Shown here in pieces: positions 1 to 10,600 of a stretch of 64,000 nt of DNA. A model generated the notes under the pieces. That model saw nothing but the letters and a program-made list of their open reading frames with translations. It was not told the DNA's origin and searched no databases. Both the position numbers and the translations under genes were made by a program. Source of the stretch: a virus; IMG/VR virus record IMGVR_UViG_3300020391_000003, positions 32,001-96,000 of that record; one strand, written 5' to 3'. The first letter of the stretch is position 1, and every line of letters begins with the position of its first letter.

Positions 1-820
1 CTTCGGTAACTCCTGCTCGGTCACTTTCACTCAAAATATAATTTAATGAGCCCTTTGATCCATCATCTTTTTTTGGGTTTCGTATTGGGATTCCATTTAA
101 AAAAACCGACTCTTCTATGTCTTGTTCTGAAATTAACACTCCATTTTTATTTACTGGTCCAGCAATCGCTCCTTCTGATACTAGGTCTAGTAATTCAATA
201 GACATAAAGCTTTCCAAGAGGTTTTTATTTGTTGATTTGCTATTTCTTTTTAAATTAAAAGTTTTTTTTCTAGCAGATATATTGGTTGAACCGACCATAA
301 GCCTTCCATACCCCAAAGGCACCGCCACTCCTTGCGAAGTTCTATTAACAGCCCCCGACATAAGAAAAGATTTTGTTGAAACTGGATCTTTTCTTTGTGG
401 AGGCTTTGGAGGTTTAGATAATACAGTTATAGCTATTTGAGTGGCAGTTGCAATTGCCATTATTTTCGTAAGTACTGTGGCGTCAGCCCACCACTTTGCT
501 ACAGCCGCAATAGCAGCAGCAACAGGTCCGCCTCCGGCTGCCATCGGAACAATATGAAATTCTTGATTATTACTTTTTAAATTATAATTAGTTTTATTGG
601 CACAACTATTTCTAAATTCGGCTGCATTTTTAATACAGGTTATATCTTTATTTAGAACAATATAAGAAACACCCTCTTGTTCTTTATCAAATAAATAATT
701 AGTAAATCCCTCAAAATTATTAGAAAGCGCAGCAATAAGATCTTGGGCACTGTCAATCTCAAACTCGAATCGTTTTCCGAATTTTTTGCCTAATTCTCCA
801 TGTAAATACGCCTTTTTCAC
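1..820 (-). CDS. Tail tip protein: lambda gpI-like assembly domain fused in-frame to the N-terminus of a gpJ-like central tail fibre (partial, runs off window)
   Basis: Manually translated from GTG at 820 with no stop to base 1 (absent from ORF track): KKAYLHGELGKKFGKRFEF...HIVP...VPLGYGRLMVGS (gpI-like), then IELLDLVSEGAIAG...SVFLNGIPI (gpJ N-terminal-like). Confidence 0.8.
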   Translation of the reverse strand, partial: MKKAYLHGELGKKFGKRFEFEIDSAQDLIAALSNNFEGFTNYLFDKEQEGVSYIVLNKDITCIKNAAEFRNSCANKTNYNLKSNNQEFHIVPMAAGGGPVAAAIAAVAKWWADATVLTKIMAIATATQIAITVLSKPPKPPQRKDPVSTKSFLMSGAVNRTSQGVAVPLGYGRLMVGSTNISARKKTFNLKRNSKSTNKNLLESFMSIELLDLVSEGAIAGPVNKNGVLISEQDIEESVFLNGIPIRNPKKDDGSKGSLNYILSESDRAGVTE

Positions 821-828
821 CTTGTGCC

Positions 829-1167
829 TTATTGGTATACACTTTTATAATACACTCCAAATTCATCATCTCTAAGACTATATATTAAAAAAGGTATATC
901 TATTTCATCACAAAACTTTTTATCACAAAAAGAAGGCTTCGCAGAATATTCCAAGTGAGAGTGAAAAATGTATATAACATCATGTTCAATTAAATTATTA
1001 GGTTCAATTATAAAAGAATTTTTTTTATCTAAACTAACGTTTTCACATTCTATAAAATCTATAGTTAAGCCTCTTTTTACAACCAACCCGCAGCATTCTT
1101 GAGATTTATTTTTTATTGCATATTTTTTAATTTTATCAAGTATAAACTTCTCTGGTAATTTATTCAA
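829..1167 (-). CDS. Tail tip protein K-like, JAB/MPN metalloprotease domain only
   Basis: ECCG...FHSH...S..D JAB motif; lies between gpL and gpI. Start moved to TTG 1167, overlapping the gpL stop. Confidence 0.75.
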   Translation of the reverse strand: MNKLPEKFILDKIKKYAIKNKSQECCGLVVKRGLTIDFIECENVSLDKKNSFIIEPNNLIEHDVIYIFHSHLEYSAKPSFCDKKFCDEIDIPFLIYSLRDDEFGVYYKSVYQ

Positions 1168-2296
1168 TTGGGTATGCCTCCGTACCAGGAAATCCCCCAA
1201 AATTTAAAGCATCTACTCCTTTTTCTGCTCTATTAAAAGGCAGTAACCTTTCGTCTTTTCTTCCAAATCTTTTTTTGCAAGCATCTAAGGTCTTATTGCA
1301 TTCATCTTTTGCCCAGTGTTCTTGATCAAAAAATGGATTGTGTAATCTAGAACTTTGATGATCTTTCAAGCAAACAAATACTTGAGCTGATCTTTTATGT
1401 GGATCTAAACTATCATGCTTAGATATAATTTTTACAATATCATTTTTTTGATAACCAAACTTTTCATTCGCATTTACATCGGACGTCCATTCAGGAATGT
1501 TTTCTTCTGTTAACGTATCAGAGGAATCCCATCTTATTATATCTTCATCATCAACGATTCCGGTTTCTCCATTTATTTTATAAGACCTTAATATAAACGA
1601 AACAGGATCTCCTGTTTCAGTCAAGCATAAATTTTTTCCAGAGTTATTTTCTATAGGCGCGCCACTGTATCTGCATCCAATATCACACCTATATGTCCAA
1701 TTACAATAATTAGACAACACCACCCTAGCAGGAATAAAAGAGTCTTCCAACTCTAAAGCTGATACCAATTCGAAAGAAATTTCAGTTTTATTTTCCGTTA
1801 TTTTTTTACTAATAAAATACACTTCATCTCGAAAATGCGCATTAGGATCAGATTTTCCAAAAGGATTAACTCCTTTATTATTTAAATTTCTATTTTGAAA
1901 ATTAACATCATCTAAAAATCTTACAAATGTTCTTCTTCTTGTCACCTTACAATTAGCAAAATCTTTATTTGAATGAACAATTTTAGAGAACAAGCCTTCT
2001 GGATTTGATATTCTTAATTTTGGTCTAGGTAATTTTCCATCAGAAGTAGATTCAAAATCGTCTGCCTGTATAGGTAGAGGCTGATATTCTTTACCCTGCC
2101 AAACCACTGCATTTGTTCCATTTATCATAGCGCAAAACCTATAAACAGCCTCTGCCCCAATGTTTATTTGATACATATCTTTTAAAGCCTCAAAGTCAGC
2201 CTGTATATTACTAAAATCAATTTCAAATAAAGTTACAACTGTATCTGGAGTAATTGAAGCTAATTGCTTGCTAAAATTTGATTCTGATCTTCCCAT
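1160..2296 (-). CDS. Minor tail protein L-like (Fe-S tail tip protein)
   Basis: VTLFEID, WQGKEYQPLPIQADDFE, PRPKLRISN, VTRRRTFVRFLD, CNWTYR..CRY and C-terminal CNKTLDACKKRFG...FGGFPG cysteine pattern. Confidence 0.85.
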   Translation of the reverse strand: MGRSESNFSKQLASITPDTVVTLFEIDFSNIQADFEALKDMYQINIGAEAVYRFCAMINGTNAVVWQGKEYQPLPIQADDFESTSDGKLPRPKLRISNPEGLFSKIVHSNKDFANCKVTRRRTFVRFLDDVNFQNRNLNNKGVNPFGKSDPNAHFRDEVYFISKKITENKTEISFELVSALELEDSFIPARVVLSNYCNWTYRCDIGCRYSGAPIENNSGKNLCLTETGDPVSFILRSYKINGETGIVDDEDIIRWDSSDTLTEENIPEWTSDVNANEKFGYQKNDIVKIISKHDSLDPHKRSAQVFVCLKDHQSSRLHNPFFDQEHWAKDECNKTLDACKKRFGRKDERLLPFNRAEKGVDALNFGGFPGTEAYPIE

Positions 2297-5200
2297 TACA
2301 TGTAAATTTTAATTTTTGCCGACTGAGGATTATAAAGCCCGTCACTTTGAATTTCTATACTTGAATTGTAAAAACCCTTTGCTACTCCGAATACTATCGG
2401 ACCAGTTTTGGCGGGCAATTCGTGGTCATTTGCTTTTCCAGGAAGTGTTTCTTGCCAGACTTGCTTACCATATTGAGATTTAGTTAAGTAATATTCATTA
2501 AATGGAGGAGAATCAGAGACAAGTTCTATTTTTCCATAATTAATGTCTCCTCTATTTGTTACTGAATTATTAGACCAGTATTTGGAATGATACTTATTTA
2601 TATACGCTTCATATTGTTGATCTTCTGTGATTAGATTATAAATAATTCTATTTCCCGAAGAATCAACAAAATAATAAAGTTTTTCACTTATTGTTGCATC
2701 GTCGTATATAATATCGAAAAAGGCTTCTTGACTTCCTTGTAATATATTAATTGAGTTATTTTCAAAAAATTGAGTTGCTATAAAGTATCTGCAACTCTCT
2801 GGCATTGAGGGTATACTGGGTGATGTTGGGTGTTTTATTATTGTTCCATCGTTTTTTTGAGTAAACACAACTTCTTTACCATTTTCTTTCACAGGTTCCC
2901 ACTCAGACTTATCTGTGCCTCCTTGCATTAACTTAAAAGACTGACCTCCTTCAACTCCTTGTGTGAAATTTTTGCTTAATTCTATTTTGGCTCCCTGAAG
3001 ATTAAACGGCAGACTTGTTGATAGAGTTTGTTGTATATCAGATGGTATAGTAAATCTTAAATCCAAAACTCCTGATTTTTTTACAACTGGAATTGACTGC
3101 TGATTTCCTCCCCCAACACTACCCAAAAAATAAAATGAATCTTTGTTTGGATCATTAAATTTCATTAGACTTATTTGCACAGGATCATCTCCGATATTTT
3201 TAATATTTACTCTAAATCTCCATGGAGACAATCTATTAATATTATCTTCTTTATTTGCTAGAATTATTTGAGAATTAAAATTTAATTCTCCAGCAGAAAG
3301 TGTTGGTGGAGAAACCGAGGAATCAATTTCCTGCGCAGAAAAGTTAAAAGGGAACTGCTCAAAAGAGGCGGAAATACTATGATTATTTTTAAAATTGTAT
3401 TTGTGAGACCATTTTTGACATATAAAATTTTGAACTCTATCGTAAGGAGATGGAGGCTTAAATAAAAACGGAACAGAACCAATATGTTGCTCTAGAAAAT
3501 GCAAAATAGCATAAGCTTCATCGTCGTCTCTGTTATTGAAATTTAAATCTAATTTAAGCAAACTTTCATTTATTCCATCTTTATAAACCTGATTATACCC
3601 TTCTACAGATTCAATATTTAACATCCTGGGTTCTTGATTTACAGATAAACCAAGCGAAGGCTTCCAAAAAAAATCTCTAGACCAATATTCTTTATTGATA
3701 TCAGTGAAATAACCGCTTTCTCTAGTCCATTCTGAATTTTCTTGCACAGGAGGCTTCCCCGCAGCAGAATCTCCAGACCAATAATAATACTTATGATTAC
3801 CAGTTGAAAATGCTATGTCATTCAACTCATATTGAAAAGAGTCATCATAATCTGCAGGTCTTTTTACAAACAAATCTTCAGACTTTTTTAGAATTGATGT
3901 ATCAAAATTTGAAAGCTTTATATTTAAATCATTATTATTTTCAAATGCAAGAGAGTGAGAAAAGTTTTGACAATAAAAGTTTTTAGTTTGCACCTCAACA
4001 GAATCATAAGGATGAAAAGCAGAAGACCCATCCCATCTAAATCCAGATATTCCTTGAGAATATTTTAAGTTAGATGACGACGAGTCTTTTTGATGTTGTC
4101 CTTGATGATTTTCTAAAAAGTGAATTATAGCATTTGCCTCTTTATTTGTCCTATTTTTAAATTCAAGATTTGCTTCAAATTTTACTGAATTTATTCCTCT
4201 TGGTCTTATTTCATAGTATCCATTTCCAAACTCACTTTTAATATTTAGAGTCGTAAAATCTACCGAAGAACCGTAATCTGCATCAAAAAAGAACTTGTCT
4301 TTAGTCCACTTGTCCGGATTTTGAGACGGAGAAAATGTTAATGCTGATAAAGTTATGTTATGGTTACTTTTTTTTTCAAAAGTTGATATTCTAGAAGAGC
4401 TATCAGCTTTTTTAATTTGTATTCTAGAACTTATTCCATCAACTTCTCTACTAACGGGATTAGCGGGTGCAGTTGGCACTGTTATATTTGATTGATCTGT
4501 AAGGCCATCAACTCCCCTTGATCCATCTTCTATTCCGTACCATCTTTCGTTTCCATAATTATACATAGCCAAAACATATTTCGGATCATTTATCTTTGTA
4601 ATATATAACCAGTTTCCCGCAGGACCAAACCTTTGATCAAATGCATCATTATCTAAAAATAAATATCCATTTTCAGTATGCGATTTTTCAGCATACATCC
4701 AAACTCCACTATTTATAGATGGTTGATTTATGTCTCCAATAAAAAACCATACCGCATTAGCATTGACAGGGCTAATGAATATCCAACCTAATTGAGGAGA
4801 AAAAAGCCATCCGTTGTTTACGTTTGGAAAATTCCAAAATGTGAAATTAATCTCAGATGAAGTACCTGTATGAGATTTTAAAAACCAAGAGCTTTCATAC
4901 CAATCAGCTATAGTTTTTGTTGCATCTAAAGCCTGTATAATTTCAGAAAAGTAGTACATTGTTCTACCTTCGTTTTCTCCAAACAACCTCCAATGACTTT
5001 CTCCAAATTCAGCTCTTGTTCTACTTTGTACGGGATGAGGAGTTCCATCTTGATCATAATCCCAAGCATTACTTGAGTTATTATAATATTTCAATAGATT
5101 TGCGTCCCTAACTACATACTGGTCGTAATCCTCTTGGCCGAATATTGGAATGTCTTGAAAATTTTCTTCTATACTTAATATTTCGTAAGAACCGTTAGCT

Positions 5201-5529
5201 CCATATATAGATCCTTCTAGATTTATTGTTTGACCCTCTTTTATTCCCACTCCAATAATACCTATCTCGCTCAACTCATCATAAATATAATGAGTCTCTG
5301 ATCCATTTTCTGTGGGGCCATCAGGATCCAGAGTGAATCTATTTTCTCCAGATACAACTATATTTCCTCCGTCAGTTATATTTTCTTTTGCATAATAAAA
5401 TAAACCATCTCCCGTATTATAAACAAAATCAAATTTTTCATAATTCGCTCCAGCTTGAAACACTCCAGAGTAATTATTTACATTTGTTAAAGTATGATTT
5501 GTACTAAAAATATTTTGTGATATACTCAT
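2296..5529 (-). CDS. Distal tail protein with two lambda gpM-like domains plus inserted domains
   Basis: Two copies of F..GY....GIN.....L.F.NR...EA.AI.HFLE (about 3905-4295 and 3345-3680); position just upstream of gpL. Confidence 0.7.
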   Translation of the reverse strand: MSISQNIFSTNHTLTNVNNYSGVFQAGANYEKFDFVYNTGDGLFYYAKENITDGGNIVVSGENRFTLDPDGPTENGSETHYIYDELSEIGIIGVGIKEGQTINLEGSIYGANGSYEILSIEENFQDIPIFGQEDYDQYVVRDANLLKYYNNSSNAWDYDQDGTPHPVQSRTRAEFGESHWRLFGENEGRTMYYFSEIIQALDATKTIADWYESSWFLKSHTGTSSEINFTFWNFPNVNNGWLFSPQLGWIFISPVNANAVWFFIGDINQPSINSGVWMYAEKSHTENGYLFLDNDAFDQRFGPAGNWLYITKINDPKYVLAMYNYGNERWYGIEDGSRGVDGLTDQSNITVPTAPANPVSREVDGISSRIQIKKADSSSRISTFEKKSNHNITLSALTFSPSQNPDKWTKDKFFFDADYGSSVDFTTLNIKSEFGNGYYEIRPRGINSVKFEANLEFKNRTNKEANAIIHFLENHQGQHQKDSSSSNLKYSQGISGFRWDGSSAFHPYDSVEVQTKNFYCQNFSHSLAFENNNDLNIKLSNFDTSILKKSEDLFVKRPADYDDSFQYELNDIAFSTGNHKYYYWSGDSAAGKPPVQENSEWTRESGYFTDINKEYWSRDFFWKPSLGLSVNQEPRMLNIESVEGYNQVYKDGINESLLKLDLNFNNRDDDEAYAILHFLEQHIGSVPFLFKPPSPYDRVQNFICQKWSHKYNFKNNHSISASFEQFPFNFSAQEIDSSVSPPTLSAGELNFNSQIILANKEDNINRLSPWRFRVNIKNIGDDPVQISLMKFNDPNKDSFYFLGSVGGGNQQSIPVVKKSGVLDLRFTIPSDIQQTLSTSLPFNLQGAKIELSKNFTQGVEGGQSFKLMQGGTDKSEWEPVKENGKEVVFTQKNDGTIIKHPTSPSIPSMPESCRYFIATQFFENNSINILQGSQEAFFDIIYDDATISEKLYYFVDSSGNRIIYNLITEDQQYEAYINKYHSKYWSNNSVTNRGDINYGKIELVSDSPPFNEYYLTKSQYGKQVWQETLPGKANDHELPAKTGPIVFGVAKGFYNSSIEIQSDGLYNPQSAKIKIYM

Positions 5530-6447
5530 TTATTTTATAATTTCTTTTACTGAAATTTTAGACTGATAGTAATTTCCTTCTGATATATTTATCGATTGAT
5601 TTAATATCTTACCAGAACAATCAAACCTAGCTATTCTATTTCCTTGGAGAGAATATAAAAATGCAGATATAGTTGAATCTGAGGTGTTTACAAAATTAGT
5701 TTTTTGCTGACTTCCATATGCATTAAGCTGTGGAATCATTTCATTAGCACTAATTTGAACCTCTTTTTCAATAGCTTCCGTAGAAACCCTAACAGGAACA
5801 ACTCCGCTCGCAGTATTGTCCACCTGTGTATTTTCAAGCGCTCTTATTCTATGATGAATTTTACGATTCACTATTATTTTATAATCTAAAGATGTGATTT
5901 CAAACTGTCTATCTACGGCGTCTTCTATATCAGTTCCTGATGCGGTCATATTGCCGAAAGATTTTAATCCATGCGCAAAATCAACAGATGCTTGCTTGAA
6001 TCTATCAGCAACTCCGCTTTTTTCAATTGATCCATAAATATCGTAAGATGCATTTGCACGAATAACTTTGAATGGTTGAAAAGAAAATCCAAAAGAGGTA
6101 AGATACGCATTATCAAAAGTATATCTTCCAATTTTATTTCCATTTACTGGTTTTTCAGACATGCCCTCTTTTATATCAAACATTCTATTTATATTATTTA
6201 TTTGTCCATCTTGAGCGAAAGTATCAGCAGATATATAAAAATCTATATTCAACTTTCCCTGAATTCCTTGCGTCGGATTAAAGTCAATAAACTGAGTTTT
6301 TGCTCCTGCTATGCTTGCGTCGTAATCTCCGTATACTCTTTCTGCCGATAAAGATGGATTAATTGTTAAATCTGCAGAGTTTACCATTAAATTCTGACCA
6401 GCCAAAGAAATTTTTCCGTCTTCAAATCTTAAATATGGTCCGCTCAT
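5530..6447 (-). CDS. Tail-tube-like structural protein (paralogue)
   Basis: Beta-rich, between tape measure and distal tail; pattern like tube proteins (NSADLTINPSLSAERVYG; AYLTSFGFSFQP). Confidence 0.45.
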   Translation of the reverse strand: MSGPYLRFEDGKISLAGQNLMVNSADLTINPSLSAERVYGDYDASIAGAKTQFIDFNPTQGIQGKLNIDFYISADTFAQDGQINNINRMFDIKEGMSEKPVNGNKIGRYTFDNAYLTSFGFSFQPFKVIRANASYDIYGSIEKSGVADRFKQASVDFAHGLKSFGNMTASGTDIEDAVDRQFEITSLDYKIIVNRKIHHRIRALENTQVDNTASGVVPVRVSTEAIEKEVQISANEMIPQLNAYGSQQKTNFVNTSDSTISAFLYSLQGNRIARFDCSGKILNQSINISEGNYYQSKISVKEIIK

Positions 6448-7604
6448 GATACAGGATTATGAAGAGTATCATAACCTTTATAAGTTAAAGATATTGACAT
6501 TTCTCCTTCTATTGATGCATTAATCGATTCGCTAATTAATCGAACATCTCTTCCAACAAATTGATTCATAAGATCATTTGTTTTAGAGTCTTTAATTATT
6601 ATAGTAACATTGCTTTTTGGCGCAGCTTGTATTCTATCTTTTATTTCTCTTATTTCATATTCATCAACAATCATTGTGAAATTTATATCTGTTTCAATTG
6701 GATATTGAGTATCAACTTGCACTGGCTCTAAATTGGGAGTAGCGGCCTGATCTCCCGCAACCCATTGACTTCCATTTCCTTTAGGTATGGCGTAAATTGG
6801 TCTTAAATTTAAACTTCTAGAAAAACTAAAATCACTTATTGCGTCCACAGTAAAATCGTCAACATTAACTGAAATACTTGATTGATCTGCAAATTTTATT
6901 TCTGGATGCACTTGATTTATTGCTTGAGAATAGTCTGTAATAATTGTGAATGCATCTTTACCCAATCTCAATATTTTAATAGTGCTTGAACCGCTCTGAG
7001 TTACTATAACCTTAGATTCTTCTTTTAGCAGATTATATTCAAGTTGCGATATCGTCAGATTTCCATTGTTCCATTCTGTTGATTGATCAGTATCTACAGA
7101 TATAAGGCCTTCTCTCCTATTAAAATATACCAACCCATCAAAAGGGTTAAGGCTTAAATTATATCCAACTATTGTTAAATTATTTACTTGAGATGCAGTG
7201 GAATTTGATAGCACATTTTTTCCAAGTTCTCCATAAACAGTTAGATCAACATCTATATCTGGAACATCTCCAACACTACAGCTAATAGAATATCTATTTA
7301 ATCTAGCTTTTGTAAAACCGAAACCTTTAGTATCGTTATCATATAATATAGCACCACTAATTTCATTTTCATCAAATGTAAAATTACCCAAAGCATCGTA
7401 TTCTATTAAAGGATCAGAAGAAACCATTTTTCTTGATATAGAAAAATTTCCTTCTAATGGAGACTCTACAAGCGCATCTATAAATCCAACTCCAGCAACT
7501 CTTATTGGAGATTCACTTATTCCATAAGATCCATTTACATCTTGAACCCCAGATAAAGCGTATCCATTTAATACTACAGTTTGCTCATAGTTTGAATAAC
7601 TCAT
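6444..7604 (-). CDS. Tail-tube-like structural protein (paralogue)
   Basis: LSGVQDVNGSYGI, LNRYSISCSVGDVPDIDV, ISDFSFSRSLNLRPIYAI and QYPIETDINFTMIVDEY match segments of 18407-19771 and 19823-20986. Confidence 0.6.
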   Translation of the reverse strand: MSYSNYEQTVVLNGYALSGVQDVNGSYGISESPIRVAGVGFIDALVESPLEGNFSISRKMVSSDPLIEYDALGNFTFDENEISGAILYDNDTKGFGFTKARLNRYSISCSVGDVPDIDVDLTVYGELGKNVLSNSTASQVNNLTIVGYNLSLNPFDGLVYFNRREGLISVDTDQSTEWNNGNLTISQLEYNLLKEESKVIVTQSGSSTIKILRLGKDAFTIITDYSQAINQVHPEIKFADQSSISVNVDDFTVDAISDFSFSRSLNLRPIYAIPKGNGSQWVAGDQAATPNLEPVQVDTQYPIETDINFTMIVDEYEIREIKDRIQAAPKSNVTIIIKDSKTNDLMNQFVGRDVRLISESINASIEGEMSISLTYKGYDTLHNPVS

Positions 7605-10600
7605 TGCACTTCACTTAATAATCCTCCCGGCCTTTTTTCTTCAATTATTACGCCAACCACAGCATCTTTAATTTTCTTTCCTAATTCACCACCTTGATTT
7701 TCTTCTTTCATATTTCCGCCTGAATCCTGTTGATTTTGAGAAGATTCTTGTCTATTACCAGATGCATCCATTTTGATATTGATACTGATGTTATTTGTTT
7801 GACCTCCAGAAACAGATGATTCTTCTTTTTGTACTTCAGGAGAAACAGATCCTCCTTCGTAAAATTTTCCTGCGTTTATTTTATCAAGCATTGGTTTGCC
7901 CATTTGTCTTGCGCTGCTAGCCTTGATAACATATTCTCCTTCGCTTAACATTGCAGGAATTTGATCGATACCAGATTTTCCGTAGATCATGCCGCCTGCA
8001 GCGTATTTATTTATTTTACCTCCTCTTGACTGCGAATAAGGATTAAAGCCAAGTCGATTTACCATGGAATCAAATTCAGTAGGGGCTTGAAAATTAAAAG
8101 CTTCCTCAGGCATTCTTGTTATAGTGTCCGCACCCAAGCCCATTTTTCCACCAGCATCACCACCGCTAAATACAGACCCTAAAACATAAGATGTGGCTAT
8201 ACTTCCTATCATACCCAGTATTTTTCTTCTTTTTGCTTTTTTTGCTTGTCTTTCCATCTCGCGACGACGACGCTCTTCTTCTCTTTTTTGAAGTATACCT
8301 TTAAATTCTTGTGCGTCTTCTTGTAACCCTACATTTTCAGCTAGACCGCTATAGAAAAATCCAGACATTGCTCGAGACTGATAATTTCTACCAGAAATAA
8401 AAGATTCTCCACCACCAAAATTTGCAGCTAATGCAGAGCCAGGCTCTCCACCTCTGCTCATGTAAGGTATTTTACCCATACCATATTCCTGCATGGTATC
8501 TCCGCCCATTGTATACTTTGGTATTTTACCCATGCCATATTCTTGCATGGTATCTCCGCCCATTGTATACTTTGGTATTTTACCCATGCCATATTCTTGC
8601 ATGGTATCTCCGCCCATTGTATACTTTGGTATTTTACCCATGCCATATTCTTGCATGGTATCTCCGCCCATAGAATAATTAGGAATTTTTCCTCGAGCAT
8701 TTAAACTATGCATAAAGCCACCACCATATTTTTTAACCGCCTCTCTACCCATTACATATTCACCATTTGTTACCATGGCTGGCACATTTCCTCCAGAAGA
8801 ATATTTTTTAACCCCACCGCCTTGAGAAAATCCTAATGCGCCAACAGCTTGCATCGCTAATTTTTGCATCATTGCTTGTTGCATATAGCTAAGAAAATTA
8901 AGAGCTGCATCTTCTAAAGCATCACCAATACTTTTTGCACCATTGGCTGCTTCAGTCATTGCAGTTGCTAGGCCGTCAGCTAATTTACCTGGAATATTCT
9001 GCCCCAATTCATAATCCATATATTCAATTCGCTCTTTCATGCTACTCATACCTTTATCAAATCCTCTTCCAAAACTTCCAGTACCAGTTCTTTCCAGTCT
9101 ATCTTGTTTTAGTCTTTCTTTTTCTAAGGCAAGTATTGTGTTTAAAGATTCGATTTCTTTTTTGTGTTCGTTGTTTGCATTGTTTATTTTCTTTTCAATT
9201 TCTTCTAAATTTTTAATTCTTTCGGCTTCAAGTTGCTCCAGTCTATTTAATTCCGCTATTTCGTCATCACTAATCACCAAAAGGCGACTTCCTTCACCAA
9301 AAACGCCCATGTCTTTCTTTTGCCTCAAATTTTTGAGTTCTTCTTGGTCAACCTTTTGATTAATCTCTGCTCTTTTTATCTCAAGGTCCCTGATATTATT
9401 TGCCTTGTTTTCTTCAAGAGTTGCAAGTTTGGATTCTAATTCAAATTCTTTTTCAAGTATTTTAAATCTTTCTTTATCTTCTGCGCTTTGAAAACCAGCT
9501 CCAACAGCAGTTAATCTTCTTGCTTTTGCTACGCTATCATTAAATCCCCTAATTTTTTGCGCAGATCTAGTGTCTTCATCAGCCATTCTGTCTGCTCTTT
9601 TCAAATCATCTAGAATTGTTTTTCTGTCTGCAAGAATCATATTTATATTTTTTTCTCTCTCTGCTTGACTTTCAGAGCTTGTTTTCTGTTTTTCGGCTAA
9701 ATTTAAAATATTATCTCTCTTTATAATTTCAAGGTCTAAAAATTGAAGAATTGCTTCTCTTATGGGGCCTTCAGTTTTATTGTTAGTGGCTATGTCTTGT
9801 AATTTACCTTTCAATTCTTCACCACTTAAACTTCCAACTTTGTCGGTAATATCTTGAAAGCTATCTCCATCTTCTAATCCGAGCGAAGTCTTAAATACTG
9901 ATTGTATACTTTGATCTTTTCGAATGCCGCTCAATATACCCATTCTAAGTTGAGAGTCTGCGGTTTCCGCGCTTTTGGCGTAAGCTTGTTCAGCTTTGTT
10001 TAAAGCTTGAAGATATTTGTTTTGTGCCTTGAATTGATCGGTAGCCAAGCTGCCTGCTAATTTTACTTGATTTTTTAAATTGTCAGATATTTCAGAGTAA
10101 CGATCTTTTATTTCTAATTGCTTCATTGCGGCTGCTTGTTGAGCCATAATTTGAGTTTTTTGAAGATCAAGCTGAATAATGACTCCTCTAGCTTCTTTTT
10201 TCTTTTCAGCTAATATTTTGTCGTCTTCTCTTTTCATTGTTTTTCGCAAAGATTCAAACATTTGTATTCTCTCATCCTGAGTAGATTTTGAGAATTCTTT
10301 AGCATACTCTTTTCCAGTTCCCTCGAAGTCTACAGCTACTCTATCTCCGTCTTCATTTTCTTCAAACTTTTTAGCAGAAAAAATAAAATCGTCAGGTAAA
10401 GTTTTCAGAACATCACCAATATTCGATTTAACATCTGAACCAAGTTTATTTGTTAAGTCGGCCGCTTTTGCAACTTCTTTGTAATCTATTGTTGGACCGC
10501 CGCGAGCCGGTTTCATTTTATTTGCTTTAGCTTCTTCTAGATCTGCGAATTGTACTGAGAATCTCTGTGAAAAATTTTCAAGTTTATCTTTGGCACCAGG

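Noticed and set aside
117-440. Plus-strand 107-aa ORF
   Set aside because: Shadow of the minus-strand gpI-gpJ fusion.
8466-8671. CRISPR array
   Set aside because: Contiguous tandem units without unique spacers; in-frame in the tape measure gene.
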